Assembly: GCF_016903815.1 (NCBI RefSeq)
Contig: NZ_CP069973.1
Strand: one strand, 5' to 3'
DNA length: 64,000 nt
Source: Escherichia coli
GTDB taxonomy: Bacteria > Pseudomonadota > Gammaproteobacteria > Enterobacterales > Enterobacteriaceae
The notes under the pieces are model-generated. The model was not told the origin of the DNA and searched no databases. It worked only from the letters and a program-made list of their open reading frames with translations. Below, one piece after another: positions 33,280 through 45,101 of this stretch. The position numbers and the translations under genes were made by a program. How positions within the stretch are numbered: position 1 is the stretch's first letter; each line of letters opens with the position of its first letter.

Positions 33280-35424
33280 ATGTCTAACGTGCAGGAGTGG
33301 CAACAGCTTGCCAACAAGGAATTGAGCCGTCGGGAGAAAACTGTCGACTCGCTGGTTCATCAAACCGCGGAAGGGATCGCCATCAAGCCGCTGTATACCG
33401 AAGCCGATCTCGATAATCTGGAGGTGACAGGTACCCTTCCTGGTTTGCCGCCCTACGTTCGTGGCCCGCGTGCCACTATGTATACCGCCCAACCGTGGAC
33501 CATCCGTCAGTATGCTGGTTTTTCAACAGCAAAAGAGTCCAACGCTTTTTATCGCCGTAACCTGGCCGCCGGGCAAAAAGGTCTTTCCGTTGCGTTTGAC
33601 CTTGCCACCCACCGTGGCTACGACTCCGATAACCCGCGCGTGGCGGGCGACGTCGGCAAAGCGGGCGTCGCTATCGACACCGTGGAAGATATGAAAGTCC
33701 TGTTCGACCAGATCCCGCTGGATAAAATGTCGGTTTCGATGACCATGAATGGCGCAGTGCTACCAGTACTGGCGTTTTATATCGTCGCCGCAGAAGAGCA
33801 AGGTGTTACACCTGATAAACTGACCGGCACCATTCAAAACGATATTCTCAAAGAGTACCTCTGCCGCAACACCTATATTTACCCACCAAAACCGTCAATG
33901 CGCATTATCGCCGACATCATCGCCTGGTGTTCCGGCAACATGCCGCGATTTAATACCATCAGTATCAGCGGTTACCACATGGGTGAAGCGGGTGCCAACT
34001 GCGTGCAGCAGGTAGCATTTACGCTCGCTGATGGGATTGAGTACATCAAAGCAGCAATCTCTGCCGGACTGAAAATTGATGACTTCGCTCCTCGCCTGTC
34101 GTTCTTCTTCGGCATCGGCATGGATCTGTTTATGAACGTCGCCATGTTGCGTGCGGCACGTTATTTATGGAGCGAAGCGGTCAGTGGATTTGGCGCACAG
34201 GACCCGAAATCACTGGCGCTGCGTACCCACTGCCAGACCTCAGGCTGGAGCCTGACTGAACAGGATCCGTATAACAACGTTATCCGCACCACCATTGAAG
34301 CGCTGGCTGCGACGCTGGGCGGTACTCAGTCACTGCATACCAACGCCTTTGACGAAGCGCTTGGTTTGCCTACCGATTTCTCAGCACGCATTGCCCGCAA
34401 CACCCAGATCATCATCCAGGAAGAATCAGAACTCTGCCGCACCGTCGATCCACTGGCCGGATCCTATTACATTGAGTCGCTGACCGATCAAATCGTCAAA
34501 CAAGCCAGAGCTATTATCCAACAGATCGACGAAGCCGGTGGCATGGCGAAAGCGATCGAAGCAGGTCTGCCAAAACGAATGATCGAAGAGGCCTCAGCGC
34601 GCGAACAGTCGCTGATCGACCAGGGCAAGCGTGTCATCGTTGGTGTCAACAAGTACAAACTGGATCACGAAGACGAAACCGATGTACTTGAGATCGACAA
34701 CGTGATGGTGCGTAACGAGCAAATTGCTTCGCTGGAACGCATTCGCGCCACCCGTGATGATGCCGCCGTAACCGCCGCGTTGAACGCCCTGACTCACGCC
34801 GCACAGCATAACGAAAACCTGCTGGCTGCCGCTGTTAATGCCGCTCGCGTTCGCGCCACCCTGGGTGAAATTTCCGATGCGCTGGAAGTCGCTTTCGACC
34901 GTTATCTGGTGCCAAGCCAGTGTGTTACCGGCGTGATTGCGCAAAGCTATCATCAGTCTGAGAAATCGGCCTCCGAGTTCGATGCCATTGTTGCGCAAAC
35001 GGAGCAGTTCCTTGCCGACAATGGTCGTCGCCCGCGCATTCTGATCGCTAAGATGGGCCAGGATGGACACGATCGCGGCGCGAAAGTGATCGCCAGCGCC
35101 TATTCCGATCTCGGTTTCGACGTAGATTTAAGCCCGATGTTCTCTACACCTGAAGAGATCGCCCGCCTGGCCGTAGAAAACGACGTTCACGTAGTGGGCG
35201 CATCCTCACTGGCTGCCGGTCATAAAACGCTGATCCCGGAACTGGTCGAAGCGCTGAAAAAATGGGGACGCGAAGATATCTGCGTGGTCGCGGGTGGCGT
35301 CATTCCGCCGCAGGATTACGCCTTCCTGCAAGAGCGCGGCGTGGCGGCGATTTATGGTCCAGGTACACCTATGCTCGACAGTGTGCGCGACGTACTGAAT
35401 CTGATAAGCCAGCATCATGATTAA
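33280..35424 (+). CDS. scpA: Coenzyme B12-dependent methylmalonyl-CoA mutase (Sbm/ScpA); start at MSNVQEWQQ
   Basis: 714-aa protein; C-terminal B12-binding DxHxxG motif ([11 protein letters not shown]). Confidence 0.93.
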   Translation: MSNVQEWQQLANKELSRREKTVDSLVHQTAEGIAIKPLYTEADLDNLEVTGTLPGLPPYVRGPRATMYTAQPWTIRQYAGFSTAKESNAFYRRNLAAGQKGLSVAFDLATHRGYDSDNPRVAGDVGKAGVAIDTVEDMKVLFDQIPLDKMSVSMTMNGAVLPVLAFYIVAAEEQGVTPDKLTGTIQNDILKEYLCRNTYIYPPKPSMRIIADIIAWCSGNMPRFNTISISGYHMGEAGANCVQQVAFTLADGIEYIKAAISAGLKIDDFAPRLSFFFGIGMDLFMNVAMLRAARYLWSEAVSGFGAQDPKSLALRTHCQTSGWSLTEQDPYNNVIRTTIEALAATLGGTQSLHTNAFDEALGLPTDFSARIARNTQIIIQEESELCRTVDPLAGSYYIESLTDQIVKQARAIIQQIDEAGGMAKAIEAGLPKRMIEEASAREQSLIDQGKRVIVGVNKYKLDHEDETDVLEIDNVMVRNEQIASLERIRATRDDAAVTAALNALTHAAQHNENLLAAAVNAARVRATLGEISDALEVAFDRYLVPSQCVTGVIAQSYHQSEKSASEFDAIVAQTEQFLADNGRRPRILIAKMGQDGHDRGAKVIASAYSDLGFDVDLSPMFSTPEEIARLAVENDVHVVGASSLAAGHKTLIPELVEALKKWGREDICVVAGGVIPPQDYAFLQERGVAAIYGPGTPMLDSVRDVLNLISQHHD

Positions 35425-36412
35425 TGAAGCCACGCTGGCAGAAAGTATTCGCCGCTTACGTCAGGGTGAGCGTGCCACACTCGCCCAGGCCATGACGCTG
35501 GTGGAAAGCCGTCACCCGCGTCATCAGGCACTAAGTACGCAGCTGCTTGATGCCATTATGCCGTACTGCGGTAACACCCTGCGACTGGGCGTTACCGGCA
35601 CCCCCGGCGCGGGGAAAAGTACCTTTCTTGAGGCCTTTGGCATGTTGTTGATTCGAGAGGGATTAAAGGTCGCGGTTATTGCGGTCGATCCCAGCAGCCC
35701 GGTCACTGGCGGTAGCATTCTCGGGGATAAAACCCGCATGAATGACCTGGCGCGTGCCGAAGCGGCGTTTATTCGCCCGGTACCATCCTCCGGTCATCTG
35801 GGCGGTGCCAGTCAGCGAGCGCGGGAATTAATGCTGTTATGCGAAGCAGCGGGTTATGACGTAGTGATTGTCGAAACGGTTGGCGTCGGGCAGTCGGAAA
35901 CAGAAGTCGCCCGCATGGTGGACTGTTTTATCTCGTTGCAAATTGCCGGTGGCGGCGATGATCTGCAGGGCATTAAAAAAGGGCTGATGGAAGTGGCTGA
36001 TCTGATCGTTATCAACAAAGACGATGGCGATAACCATACCAATGTTGCCATTGCCCGGCATATGTACGAGAGTGCCCTGCATATTCTGCGACGTAAATAC
36101 GACGAATGGCAGCCACGGGTTCTGACTTGTAGCGCACTGGAAAAACGTGGAATCGATGAGATCTGGCACGCCATCATCGACTTCAAAACCGCGCTAACTG
36201 CCAGTGGTCGTTTACAACAAGTGCGGCAACAACAATCGGTGGAATGGCTGCGTAAGCAGACCGAAGAAGAAGTACTGAATCACCTGTTCGCGAATGAAGA
36301 TTTCGATCGCTATTACCGCCAGACGCTTTTAGCGGTCAAAAACAATACGCTCTCACCGCGCACCGGCCTGCGGCAGCTCAGTGAATTTATCCAGACGCAA
36401 TATTTTGATTAA
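35417..36412 (+). CDS. argK: MeaB/ArgK-type G-protein chaperone for methylmalonyl-CoA mutase
   Basis: 331-aa ORF; P-loop GTPGAGKST; start overlaps scpA stop by 8 nt. Confidence 0.92.
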   Translation: MINEATLAESIRRLRQGERATLAQAMTLVESRHPRHQALSTQLLDAIMPYCGNTLRLGVTGTPGAGKSTFLEAFGMLLIREGLKVAVIAVDPSSPVTGGSILGDKTRMNDLARAEAAFIRPVPSSGHLGGASQRARELMLLCEAAGYDVVIVETVGVGQSETEVARMVDCFISLQIAGGGDDLQGIKKGLMEVADLIVINKDDGDNHTNVAIARHMYESALHILRRKYDEWQPRVLTCSALEKRGIDEIWHAIIDFKTALTASGRLQQVRQQQSVEWLRKQTEEEVLNHLFANEDFDRYYRQTLLAVKNNTLSPRTGLRQLSEFIQTQYFD

Positions 36413-36422
36413 AGGAATTTTT

Positions 36423-37208
36423 ATGTCTTATCAGTATGTTAACGTTGTCACTATCAACAAAGTGGCGGTCATTGAGTTTAACTATGGCCGAAAACTTAAT
36501 GCCTTAAGTAAAGTCTTTATTGATGATCTTATGCAGGCGTTAAGCGATCTCAACCGGCCGGAAATTCGCTGTATCATTTTGCGCGCACCGAGTGGATCCA
36601 AAGTCTTCTCCGCAGGTCACGATATTCACGAACTGCCGTCTGGCGGTCGCGATCCGCTCTCCTATGATGATCCATTGCGTCAAATCACCCGCATGATCCA
36701 AAAATTCCCGAAACCGATCATTTCGATGGTGGAAGGTAGTGTTTGGGGTGGCGCATTTGAAATGATCATGAGTTCCGATCTGATCATCGCCGCCAGTACC
36801 TCAACCTTCTCAATGACGCCTGTAAACCTCGGCGTCCCGTATAACCTGGTCGGCATTCACAACCTGACCCGCGACGCGGGCTTCCACATTGTCAAAGAGC
36901 TGATTTTTACCGCTTCGCCAATCACCGCCCAGCGCGCGCTGGCTGTCGGCATCCTCAACCATGTTGTGGAAGTGGAAGAACTGGAAGATTTCACCTTACA
37001 AATGGCGCACCACATCTCTGAGAAAGCGCCGTTAGCCATTGCCGTTATCAAAGAAGAGCTGCGTGTACTGGGCGAAGCACACACCATGAACTCCGATGAA
37101 TTTGAACGTATTCAGGGGATGCGCCGCGCGGTGTATGACAGCGAAGATTACCAGGAAGGGATGAACGCTTTCCTCGAAAAACGTAAACCTAATTTCGTTG
37201 GTCATTAA
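36423..37208 (+). CDS. scpB: Methylmalonyl-CoA decarboxylase (crotonase fold); start at MSYQYVNVV
   Basis: 261-aa enoyl-CoA hydratase/isomerase family protein. Confidence 0.92.
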   Translation: MSYQYVNVVTINKVAVIEFNYGRKLNALSKVFIDDLMQALSDLNRPEIRCIILRAPSGSKVFSAGHDIHELPSGGRDPLSYDDPLRQITRMIQKFPKPIISMVEGSVWGGAFEMIMSSDLIIAASTSTFSMTPVNLGVPYNLVGIHNLTRDAGFHIVKELIFTASPITAQRALAVGILNHVVEVEELEDFTLQMAHHISEKAPLAIAVIKEELRVLGEAHTMNSDEFERIQGMRRAVYDSEDYQEGMNAFLEKRKPNFVGH

Positions 37209-37231
37209 TCCCTGCGAACGAAGGAGTAAAA

Positions 37232-38710
37232 ATGGAAACTCAGTGGACAAGGATGACCGCCAATGAAGCGGCAGAAATTATCCAGCATAACGACATGGTG
37301 GCATTTAGCGGCTTTACCCCGGCGGGTTCGCCGAAAGCCCTACCCACCGCGATTGCCCGCAGAGCTAACGAACAGCATGAGGCCAAAAAGCCGTATCAAA
37401 TTCGCCTTCTGACGGGTGCGTCAATCAGCGCCGCCGCTGACGATGTACTTTCTGACGCCGATGCTGTTTCCTGGCGTGCGCCATATCAAACATCGTCCGG
37501 TTTACGTAAAAAGATCAATCAGGGCGCGGTGAGTTTCGTTGACCTGCATTTGAGCGAAGTGGCGCAAATGGTCAATTACGGTTTCTTCGGCGACATTGAT
37601 GTTGCCGTCATTGAAGCATCGGCACTGGCACCGGATGGTCGAGTCTGGTTAACCAGCGGGATCGGTAATGCGCCGACCTGGCTGCTGCGGGCGAAGAAAG
37701 TGATCATTGAACTCAATCACTATCACGATCCGCGCGTTGCAGAACTGGCGGATATTGTGATTCCTGGCGCGCCACCGCGGCGCAATAGCGTGTCGATCTT
37801 CCATGCAATGGATCGCGTCGGTACCCGCTATGTGCAAATCGATCCGAAAAAGATTGTCGCCGTCGTGGAAACCAACTTGCCCGACGCCGGTAATATGCTG
37901 GATAAGCAAAATCCCATGTGCCAGCAGATTGCCGATAACGTGGTCACGTTCTTATTGCAGGAAATGGCGCATGGGCGTATTCCGCCGGAATTTCTGCCGC
38001 TGCAAAGTGGCGTGGGCAATATCAATAATGCGGTAATGGCGCGTCTGGGGGAAAACCCGGTAATTCCTCCGTTTATGATGTATTCGGAAGTGCTACAGGA
38101 ATCGGTGGTGCATTTACTGGAAACCGGCAAAATCAGCGGGGCCAGCGCCTCCAGCCTGACAATCTCGGCCGATTCCCTGCGCAAGATTTACGACAATATG
38201 GATTACTTTGCCAGCCGCATTGTGTTGCGTCCGCAGGAGATTTCCAATAACCCGGAAATCATCCGTCGTCTGGGCGTCATCGCTCTGAACGTCGGCCTGG
38301 AGTTTGATATTTACGGGCATGCCAACTCAACACACGTAGCCGGGGTCGATCTGATGAACGGCATCGGCGGCAGCGGTGATTTTGAACGCAACGCGTATCT
38401 GTCGATCTTTATGGCCCCGTCGATTGCTAAAGAAGGCAAGATCTCAACCGTCGTGCCAATGTGCAGCCATGTTGATCACAGCGAACACAGCGTCAAAGTG
38501 ATCATCACCGAACAAGGGATCGCCGATCTGCGCGGTCTTTCCCCGCTTCAACGCGCCCGCACTATCATTGATAATTGTGCACATCCTATGTATCGGGATT
38601 ATCTGCATCGCTATCTGGAAAATGCGCCTGGCGGACATATTCACCACGATCTTAGCCACGTCTTCGACTTACACCGTAATTTAATTGCAACCGGCTCGAT
38701 GCTGGGTTAA
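37232..38710 (+). CDS. scpC: Propionyl-CoA:succinate CoA transferase
   Basis: 492-aa ORF, acetyl-CoA hydrolase/transferase family. Confidence 0.92.
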   Translation: METQWTRMTANEAAEIIQHNDMVAFSGFTPAGSPKALPTAIARRANEQHEAKKPYQIRLLTGASISAAADDVLSDADAVSWRAPYQTSSGLRKKINQGAVSFVDLHLSEVAQMVNYGFFGDIDVAVIEASALAPDGRVWLTSGIGNAPTWLLRAKKVIIELNHYHDPRVAELADIVIPGAPPRRNSVSIFHAMDRVGTRYVQIDPKKIVAVVETNLPDAGNMLDKQNPMCQQIADNVVTFLLQEMAHGRIPPEFLPLQSGVGNINNAVMARLGENPVIPPFMMYSEVLQESVVHLLETGKISGASASSLTISADSLRKIYDNMDYFASRIVLRPQEISNNPEIIRRLGVIALNVGLEFDIYGHANSTHVAGVDLMNGIGGSGDFERNAYLSIFMAPSIAKEGKISTVVPMCSHVDHSEHSVKVIITEQGIADLRGLSPLQRARTIIDNCAHPMYRDYLHRYLENAPGGHIHHDLSHVFDLHRNLIATGSMLG

Positions 38711-39603
38711 TGACTCGTCCCGTCACGATCTTCAGCAATATGCTGAAGCATCGTGGCGGTATAACGATGATTTCTGATTGAATAAAGATATTCCTGCATA
38801 TACATCGGCCTGTGCGGTGCATCAAAATATTTCAGCGTTGCCGGATTCACCAGTCGCCAGGCAAAATGCGGGATCACCGTCAGAAAATGTCCGCGCTCCA
38901 CGGCGCTGATTTTGGCCATAAAACTGTAGGGACGATAAATAATGGTTGGATTGATCCCACAAGGTCGCATATTCGCATCAATCATTGCTTCGAAGTTGGC
39001 CCGGTTCTGAAAGCGCATTTGTAGCCAGGGCAGCTCCTGAAGCAGCTCTTGCTCTTGTCGCTCTTCATAACGGCGAGAAACGAGAAAGCCTAATCGCAGC
39101 GGTGGTAGTTCACTGATAGTCAGGTTTTCCAGTTCCTGAACTCGTGCAGATACATGCTGTGGGGAGATAATAAAATCTAACTGGCGGTCAAAAAGATTAT
39201 CGATAACGCCATTTTCGCTGAACTCAACTGGCTGGGCGGTCACGCCTTCATACTTATCTCCGAGACTAATCAACTGATCGAAAATAATTGTCGGATAAGT
39301 ATTATCTATGCCAATCACAATTTCTCGTGAACGACGTCCTGAGTTATGGATTTCATTATCAATCGCAGAAAGCCGTTGATAAACCGGGAACAGTTTTTGA
39401 TACAGTTCCTGTCCGGCTTTATTGAGGCTGATATTATTATCTTTGCGGGTAAATAGCGTATAGCCAATTTGTTCTTCCAGCGCGGCAATGCTTTTACCAA
39501 ATGGCGAAGCCGTCATATGGATTTTTTCTGCCGCCCGGGCAATATTATTGGTTTGCGCTAATAAAATGAAATTGCGCATCTTTTTCGAAATAAAAATGTC
39601 CAT
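38707..39603 (-). CDS. ygfI: LysR-family transcriptional regulator YgfI; start at MDIFISKKMRNF
   Basis: 298-aa protein with N-terminal HTH; convergent with scpC, 4-nt overlap of stops. Confidence 0.85.
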   Translation of the reverse strand: MDIFISKKMRNFILLAQTNNIARAAEKIHMTASPFGKSIAALEEQIGYTLFTRKDNNISLNKAGQELYQKLFPVYQRLSAIDNEIHNSGRRSREIVIGIDNTYPTIIFDQLISLGDKYEGVTAQPVEFSENGVIDNLFDRQLDFIISPQHVSARVQELENLTISELPPLRLGFLVSRRYEERQEQELLQELPWLQMRFQNRANFEAMIDANMRPCGINPTIIYRPYSFMAKISAVERGHFLTVIPHFAWRLVNPATLKYFDAPHRPMYMQEYLYSIRNHRYTATMLQHIAEDRDGTSH

Positions 39604-39769
39604 CCCCCTCCCCCGCATCCTTGTCCGCTTAACCGTTTCAGTCAGCCTATCCTTGATGAAACCGCGAGCAAAGATAGGTGATTACGTCATGGTTTTACAG
39701 AAAATTACAGAAAAAGGAGGCAATATCGGGTAAAGGCATTAGCCCGACGAATACGTCGGGCTACAAATA

Positions 39770-40510
39770 TTATTGTGCTGCAGGTGTTTTAGCGGGTTGT
39801 TGATCCACAGGTTCTAACTGGAAGACCACATCGACCTGATCATCAAACTGAATAGCGGCCTGCTCGTAAGTTTCCTGGGCGGACACCGGCGCGGCATCGG
39901 CTTTCATCATCCGCACCATTGGGCTGGGCTGATAGTTGGAAACATGGTAGCGCACGCTATATACCGGCCCCAGTTTACGATGAAAGCCGTTCGCCAGTTC
40001 CTGCGCCTGATGAATCGCGTTATCAATCGCTGCCTTACGCGCTTTGTCTTTATAGGCATCCGGCTGCGCCACGCCCAGCGACACAGAACGAATTTCGTTA
40101 AGACCCGCCTTCAGCGCGCCATCCAGCAAGGAATTCAGTTTGTCTAACTGACGGAGCGTGACTTCCACCGTTCTCACAGCGCGGTAGCCTTTAAGGATAC
40201 TTTTACCATCCTGATAATCATAATCTGGCTGGGTGCGTAAGTTTGCTGAGCTGATATCTTTTTTCGCGATCTGATTGAGTTCAAGGAAGGAAATGTATTG
40301 TGCGACGCGCTCATCTGCCTGTTTTTTGGCAGTAGCGGCATCCTTCGCGGCCACGTTAACTTCAATCGCAAGAGTGGCAATGTCTGGCACCGCATCCACG
40401 CTTGCCGTACCGGAGGTGACAATATGCGGTCCATCCGGCAATTCGTTAGCCTGCGCTGCCATCCCGCTAATACCCATTAATGCCGCCAGGGCGATAACTT
40501 TGAACTTCAC
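39770..40510 (-). CDS. yggE: Periplasmic SIMPL/DUF541-family protein YggE
   Basis: 246-aa ORF with signal peptide MKFKVIALAALMGISGMAAQA. Confidence 0.88.
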   Translation of the reverse strand: MKFKVIALAALMGISGMAAQANELPDGPHIVTSGTASVDAVPDIATLAIEVNVAAKDAATAKKQADERVAQYISFLELNQIAKKDISSANLRTQPDYDYQDGKSILKGYRAVRTVEVTLRQLDKLNSLLDGALKAGLNEIRSVSLGVAQPDAYKDKARKAAIDNAIHQAQELANGFHRKLGPVYSVRYHVSNYQPSPMVRMMKADAAPVSAQETYEQAAIQFDDQVDVVFQLEPVDQQPAKTPAAQ

Positions 40511-40602
40511 GTTAGTCTCTCCGTGTTAATTGACTTGCCCAAAATTCAGGACCTCTGGAGGCAAGCTTAGCGCCTCTGTTTTATTTTTCCATCAGATAGC
40601 GC

Positions 40603-41238
40603 CTAACTGAACAAGGCTTGTGCATGAGCAATACCGTCTCTCGCCAGCTGCAAGGCAATAAACCACATAACACATCCCACAACCAGATTGATAATGCGCT
40701 GTGCTTTTGCCGTGCGCAGACGCGGTGCCAGCCAGGCTGCGAGAAGAGCCAGACCAAAGAACCACAGGAAAGAGGCGCTAATTGTCCCGAGTGCAAACCA
40801 GCGTTTTGGTTCCACATCAAGTTGCCCGCCAAGGCTGCCCAGTACAACAAAAGTATCCAGGTAAACATGCGGATTCAGCCAGGTCACTGCCAACATGGTG
40901 GCGATAATTTTCCATCTGCCTTGCTTCATGACTTCGGCGCTGGCTAACTCAATATTACTGCTCATTGCTGTTTTAAAAGCGCCAAAACCATACCACAGCA
41001 AGAAGGCTACGCCGCCCCAGGTGACCAGCGCCAGCAACCACGGCGACTGCATCAATAACGCGCTGCCACCAAAAATCCCGGCGCAAATCAGGACCAAATC
41101 GCTGATAGCACAAAGTAAGGCAATCATAATGTGGTACTGACGACGTATGCCCTGATTCATCACAAAAGCATTTTGTGGACCGAGCGGTAGGATCATAGCC
41201 GCCCCAAGTGCAAGACCTTGAAAGTAATAAGAAAACAC
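40603..41238 (-). CDS. argO: Arginine exporter ArgO (LysE family)
   Basis: 211-aa multi-[41 protein letters not shown]... Confidence 0.92.
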   Translation of the reverse strand: MFSYYFQGLALGAAMILPLGPQNAFVMNQGIRRQYHIMIALLCAISDLVLICAGIFGGSALLMQSPWLLALVTWGGVAFLLWYGFGAFKTAMSSNIELASAEVMKQGRWKIIATMLAVTWLNPHVYLDTFVVLGSLGGQLDVEPKRWFALGTISASFLWFFGLALLAAWLAPRLRTAKAQRIINLVVGCVMWFIALQLARDGIAHAQALFS

Positions 41239-41376
41239 GTTGGATATTCCGAATTAAGTATCTGATGCAGAGACTATATCGCGGGATTGTTATTAGCGGA
41301 AATTGATAATATTAATTGGCAATCAGAAAAACTAATAAGAGAGAGGCCAGAGAGTATTATCTGGCCTCAGCGTTGA

Positions 41377-42237
<861 letters not shown>

Positions 42238-42431
42238 TCAATATTCCTTTTCAACTGACTCAAAATGGAGAAATACACTCCGCCGCCTTATGACGGGCAG
42301 TCTGACAAGGGTAAACAATAAAGCATAATTTTGCCAAATAGATCACAGATTTCTCATCTGAATCACCTTGCTTTTGGCGAAAAAATCCCCGCAGAGCGGG
42401 GCTCAGACAGATATCAATGTGCGCTTTGTCA

Positions 42432-42529
42432 TGCCGGATGCGGCGTGAACGCCTTATCCGGCCTACAAAAACCTGCAAATTCAATATATTGCAGGATACG
42501 TGTAGGCCTGATAAGCGTAGCGCATCAGG
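42432..42529. repeat. BIME: two inverted REP units with central spacer, mscS-fbaA intergenic
   Basis: GCCGGATGCGGCGTGAACGCCTTATCCGGCCTAC ... GTAGGCCTGATAAGCGTAGCGCATCAGGC. Confidence 0.8.
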
Positions 42530-42594
42530 CAATTTTGCTTTTGGCGAAAAAAAGACCCGCAGAGCGGGCCTTGAGATAAGCAGAAAGGAATATC

Positions 42595-43674
42595 TTACAG
42601 AACGTCGATCGCGTTCAGTTCCTGGAATGCTTTCTCCAGACGAGCGATCATCGAAGTCTGACCGGCACGCAGCCATACGCGCGGATCGTAGTATTTCTTG
42701 TTCGGCTGATCTTCGCCTTTCGGGTTACCCAGCTGACCCTGCAGATAAGCTTCGTTCGCTTTGTAGTAGTTCAGAACGCCTTCCCAGGTTGCCCATTGGG
42801 TATCGGTATCGATGTTCATTTTTACTACGCCGTAGCTTACGGAGTCTTTGATTTCCTGAGCAGTAGAACCGGAACCACCGTGGAATACGAAGTTCAGGCT
42901 GTTGTGCGGCAGGTTGTGTTTCTTGGAAACATATTCCTGAGAATCACGCAGGATGGTCGGAGTCAGAACCACGTTACCCGGCTTGTAAACACCGTGTACG
43001 TTACCGAAGGACGCTGCGATGGTGAAACGCGGGCTGATTTTGCTCAGTTCGGTGTATGCGTAATCAACGTCTTCCGGCTGGGTGTACAGTGCAGAAGCGT
43101 CCATGTGGCTGTTGTCCACGCCGTCTTCTTCACCACCGGTGCAACCCAGTTCGATTTCCAGAGTCATGCCGATTTTGGACATGCGCTCCAGGTATTTAGA
43201 GCAGATTTCGATGTTCTCTTGCAGAGATTCTTCAGACAGGTCGATCATGTGAGAAGAGAACAGCGGCTTACCGGTAGCTGCGAAGTGTTTTTCACCCGCG
43301 TCCAACAGACCGTCGATCCACGGCAGCAGTTTCTTCGCGCAGTGGTCAGTGTGCAGGATAACCGGAACACCATAATGTTCAGCCATCTGGTGAACGTGAT
43401 GCGCACCAGAGATCGCGCCCAGGATAGCAGCACCCTGCGGAACGTCAGATTTCACGCCTTTACCAGCGATAAAGGAAGCACCACCGTTGGAGAACTGAAC
43501 GATAACCGGCGCTTTAACTTTAGCAGCGGTTTCCAGTACGGCGTTGATGGAGTCAGTACCGACGCAGTTTACTGCTGGCAGTGCGAAGTTGTTTTCTTTT
43601 GCTACCTGGAAAACTTTCTGTACGTCATCACCAGTGATTACGCCAGGTTTTACGAAATCAAAAATCTTAGACAT
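42595..43674 (-). CDS. fbaA: Fructose-bisphosphate aldolase class II; start at MSKIFDFVKPG
   Basis: 359-aa protein matching FbaA; Zn-binding His motifs. Confidence 0.96.
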   Translation of the reverse strand: MSKIFDFVKPGVITGDDVQKVFQVAKENNFALPAVNCVGTDSINAVLETAAKVKAPVIVQFSNGGASFIAGKGVKSDVPQGAAILGAISGAHHVHQMAEHYGVPVILHTDHCAKKLLPWIDGLLDAGEKHFAATGKPLFSSHMIDLSEESLQENIEICSKYLERMSKIGMTLEIELGCTGGEEDGVDNSHMDASALYTQPEDVDYAYTELSKISPRFTIAASFGNVHGVYKPGNVVLTPTILRDSQEYVSKKHNLPHNSLNFVFHGGSGSTAQEIKDSVSYGVVKMNIDTDTQWATWEGVLNYYKANEAYLQGQLGNPKGEDQPNKKYYDPRVWLRAGQTSMIARLEKAFQELNAIDVL

Positions 43675-43700
43675 GTCTCTTGTCCTGTATCGTCGGGCCT

Positions 43701-43786
43701 TATACTCGTCATACTTCAAGTTGCATGTGCTGCGTCTGCGTTCGCTCACCCCAGTCACTTACTTATGTAAGCTCCTGGGGATTCAC
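43701..43786. repeat. ERIC/IRU partial element (about half of the 127-bp consensus) in pgk-fbaA spacer
   Basis: ...GTTCGCTCACCCCAGTCACTTACTTATGTAAGCTCCTGGGGATTCAC matches the conserved ERIC arm. Confidence 0.7.
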
Positions 43787-43888
43787 TCTCTTGTCGCCTT
43801 CCTGCAACTCGAATTATTTAGAGTATGAAAAATTGCGTGCTCTAAAAGCGCGCTGAAACAAGGGCAGGTTTCCCTGCCCTGTGATTTT

Positions 43889-45052
43889 TTACTTCTTAGC
43901 GCGCTCTTCGAGCATCGCTACTGCAGGCAGTACTTTACCTTCCACGAATTCGAGGAATGCGCCGCCGCCAGTGGAGATGTAGGAGATTTTGTCAGCAATG
44001 CCGAACAGGTCGATTGCTGCCAGAGTGTCGCCGCCGCCAGCGATGGAGAACGCTTCGCTGTCTGCGATAGCGTTAGCCACGATTTCAGTACCTTTGCGGA
44101 AGTTCGGGAATTCGAACACGCCAACCGGACCGTTCCACAGAATGGTTTTCGCATTCTTCAGGATTTCAGCCAGTTCCTGAGCGGAAGCATCACCGATATC
44201 CAGGATCTGCTCGTCAGCTTTCACATCGTTAACAGATTTCAGGGTAGCCGGTGCAGTTTCAGAGAACTCGGTTGCTACGCGAACATCAGACGGAACCGGG
44301 ATGTTGCAGGTGGTCAGCAGACGTTTAGCTTCGTCAACCAGGTCAGCTTCGTACAGGGATTTACCCACATCGTGGCCTTGTGCCGCGATAAAGGTGTTAG
44401 CGATACCACCACCAACAATCAGCTGGTCAGCGATTTTAGACAGGGAGTCCAGAACGGTCAGTTTGGTAGATACTTTAGAACCACCAACGATAGCCACCAT
44501 CGGGCGAGCAGGTTCTTTCAGTGCTTTACCCAGCGCGTCCAGTTCAGCTGCCAGCAGCGGGCCTGCGCACGCAACGTCAGCGAATTTACCGATACCGTGA
44601 GTAGAAGCCTGCGCGCGGTGAGCAGTACCGAATGCGTCCATTACGAACACGTCACACAGTGCAGCGTATTTTTTGGACAGGGTTTCGTCGTCTTTCTTCT
44701 CGCCTTTGTTGAAGCGAACGTTTTCCAGAACAACCAGTTCACCTTCAGCAACGTCAACGCCGTCGAGGTAATCTTTAACCAGACGAACCGGGTTAGACAG
44801 TTTGTCTTTCAGGTAGTTAACAACCGGCAGCAGAGAGAATTCTTCGTTGTACTCGCCTTCGGTAGGACGACCCAGGTGGGAAGTTACCATCACTTTTGCG
44901 CCTTGTTTCAGGGCCAGTTCGATGGTCGGCAGAGAAGCACGGATACGCGCGTCGCTGGTTACTTTCCCGTCTTTTACTGGTACGTTCAGATCCGCACGGA
45001 TAAATACACGTTTCCCAGCAAGATCCAGATCGGTCATCTTAATTACAGACAT
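43889..45052 (-). CDS. pgk: Phosphoglycerate kinase; start at [15 protein letters not shown]
   Basis: 387-aa protein matching Pgk. Confidence 0.96.
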
Positions 45053-45101
45053 GGTGAATCCTCTCGTTGATTCTAAAAGTTTTGCAGACGCTGCTTGCGT
45101 C

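Noticed and set aside
42260-42676. 138-aa minus-strand ORF
   Set aside because: Spans the REP/BIME repeats and terminator hairpins between mscS and fbaA; repeat-derived.
42796-45070. 324-aa and 232-aa plus-strand ORFs
   Set aside because: Antisense to fbaA and pgk respectively; artefacts of codon bias on the opposite strand.
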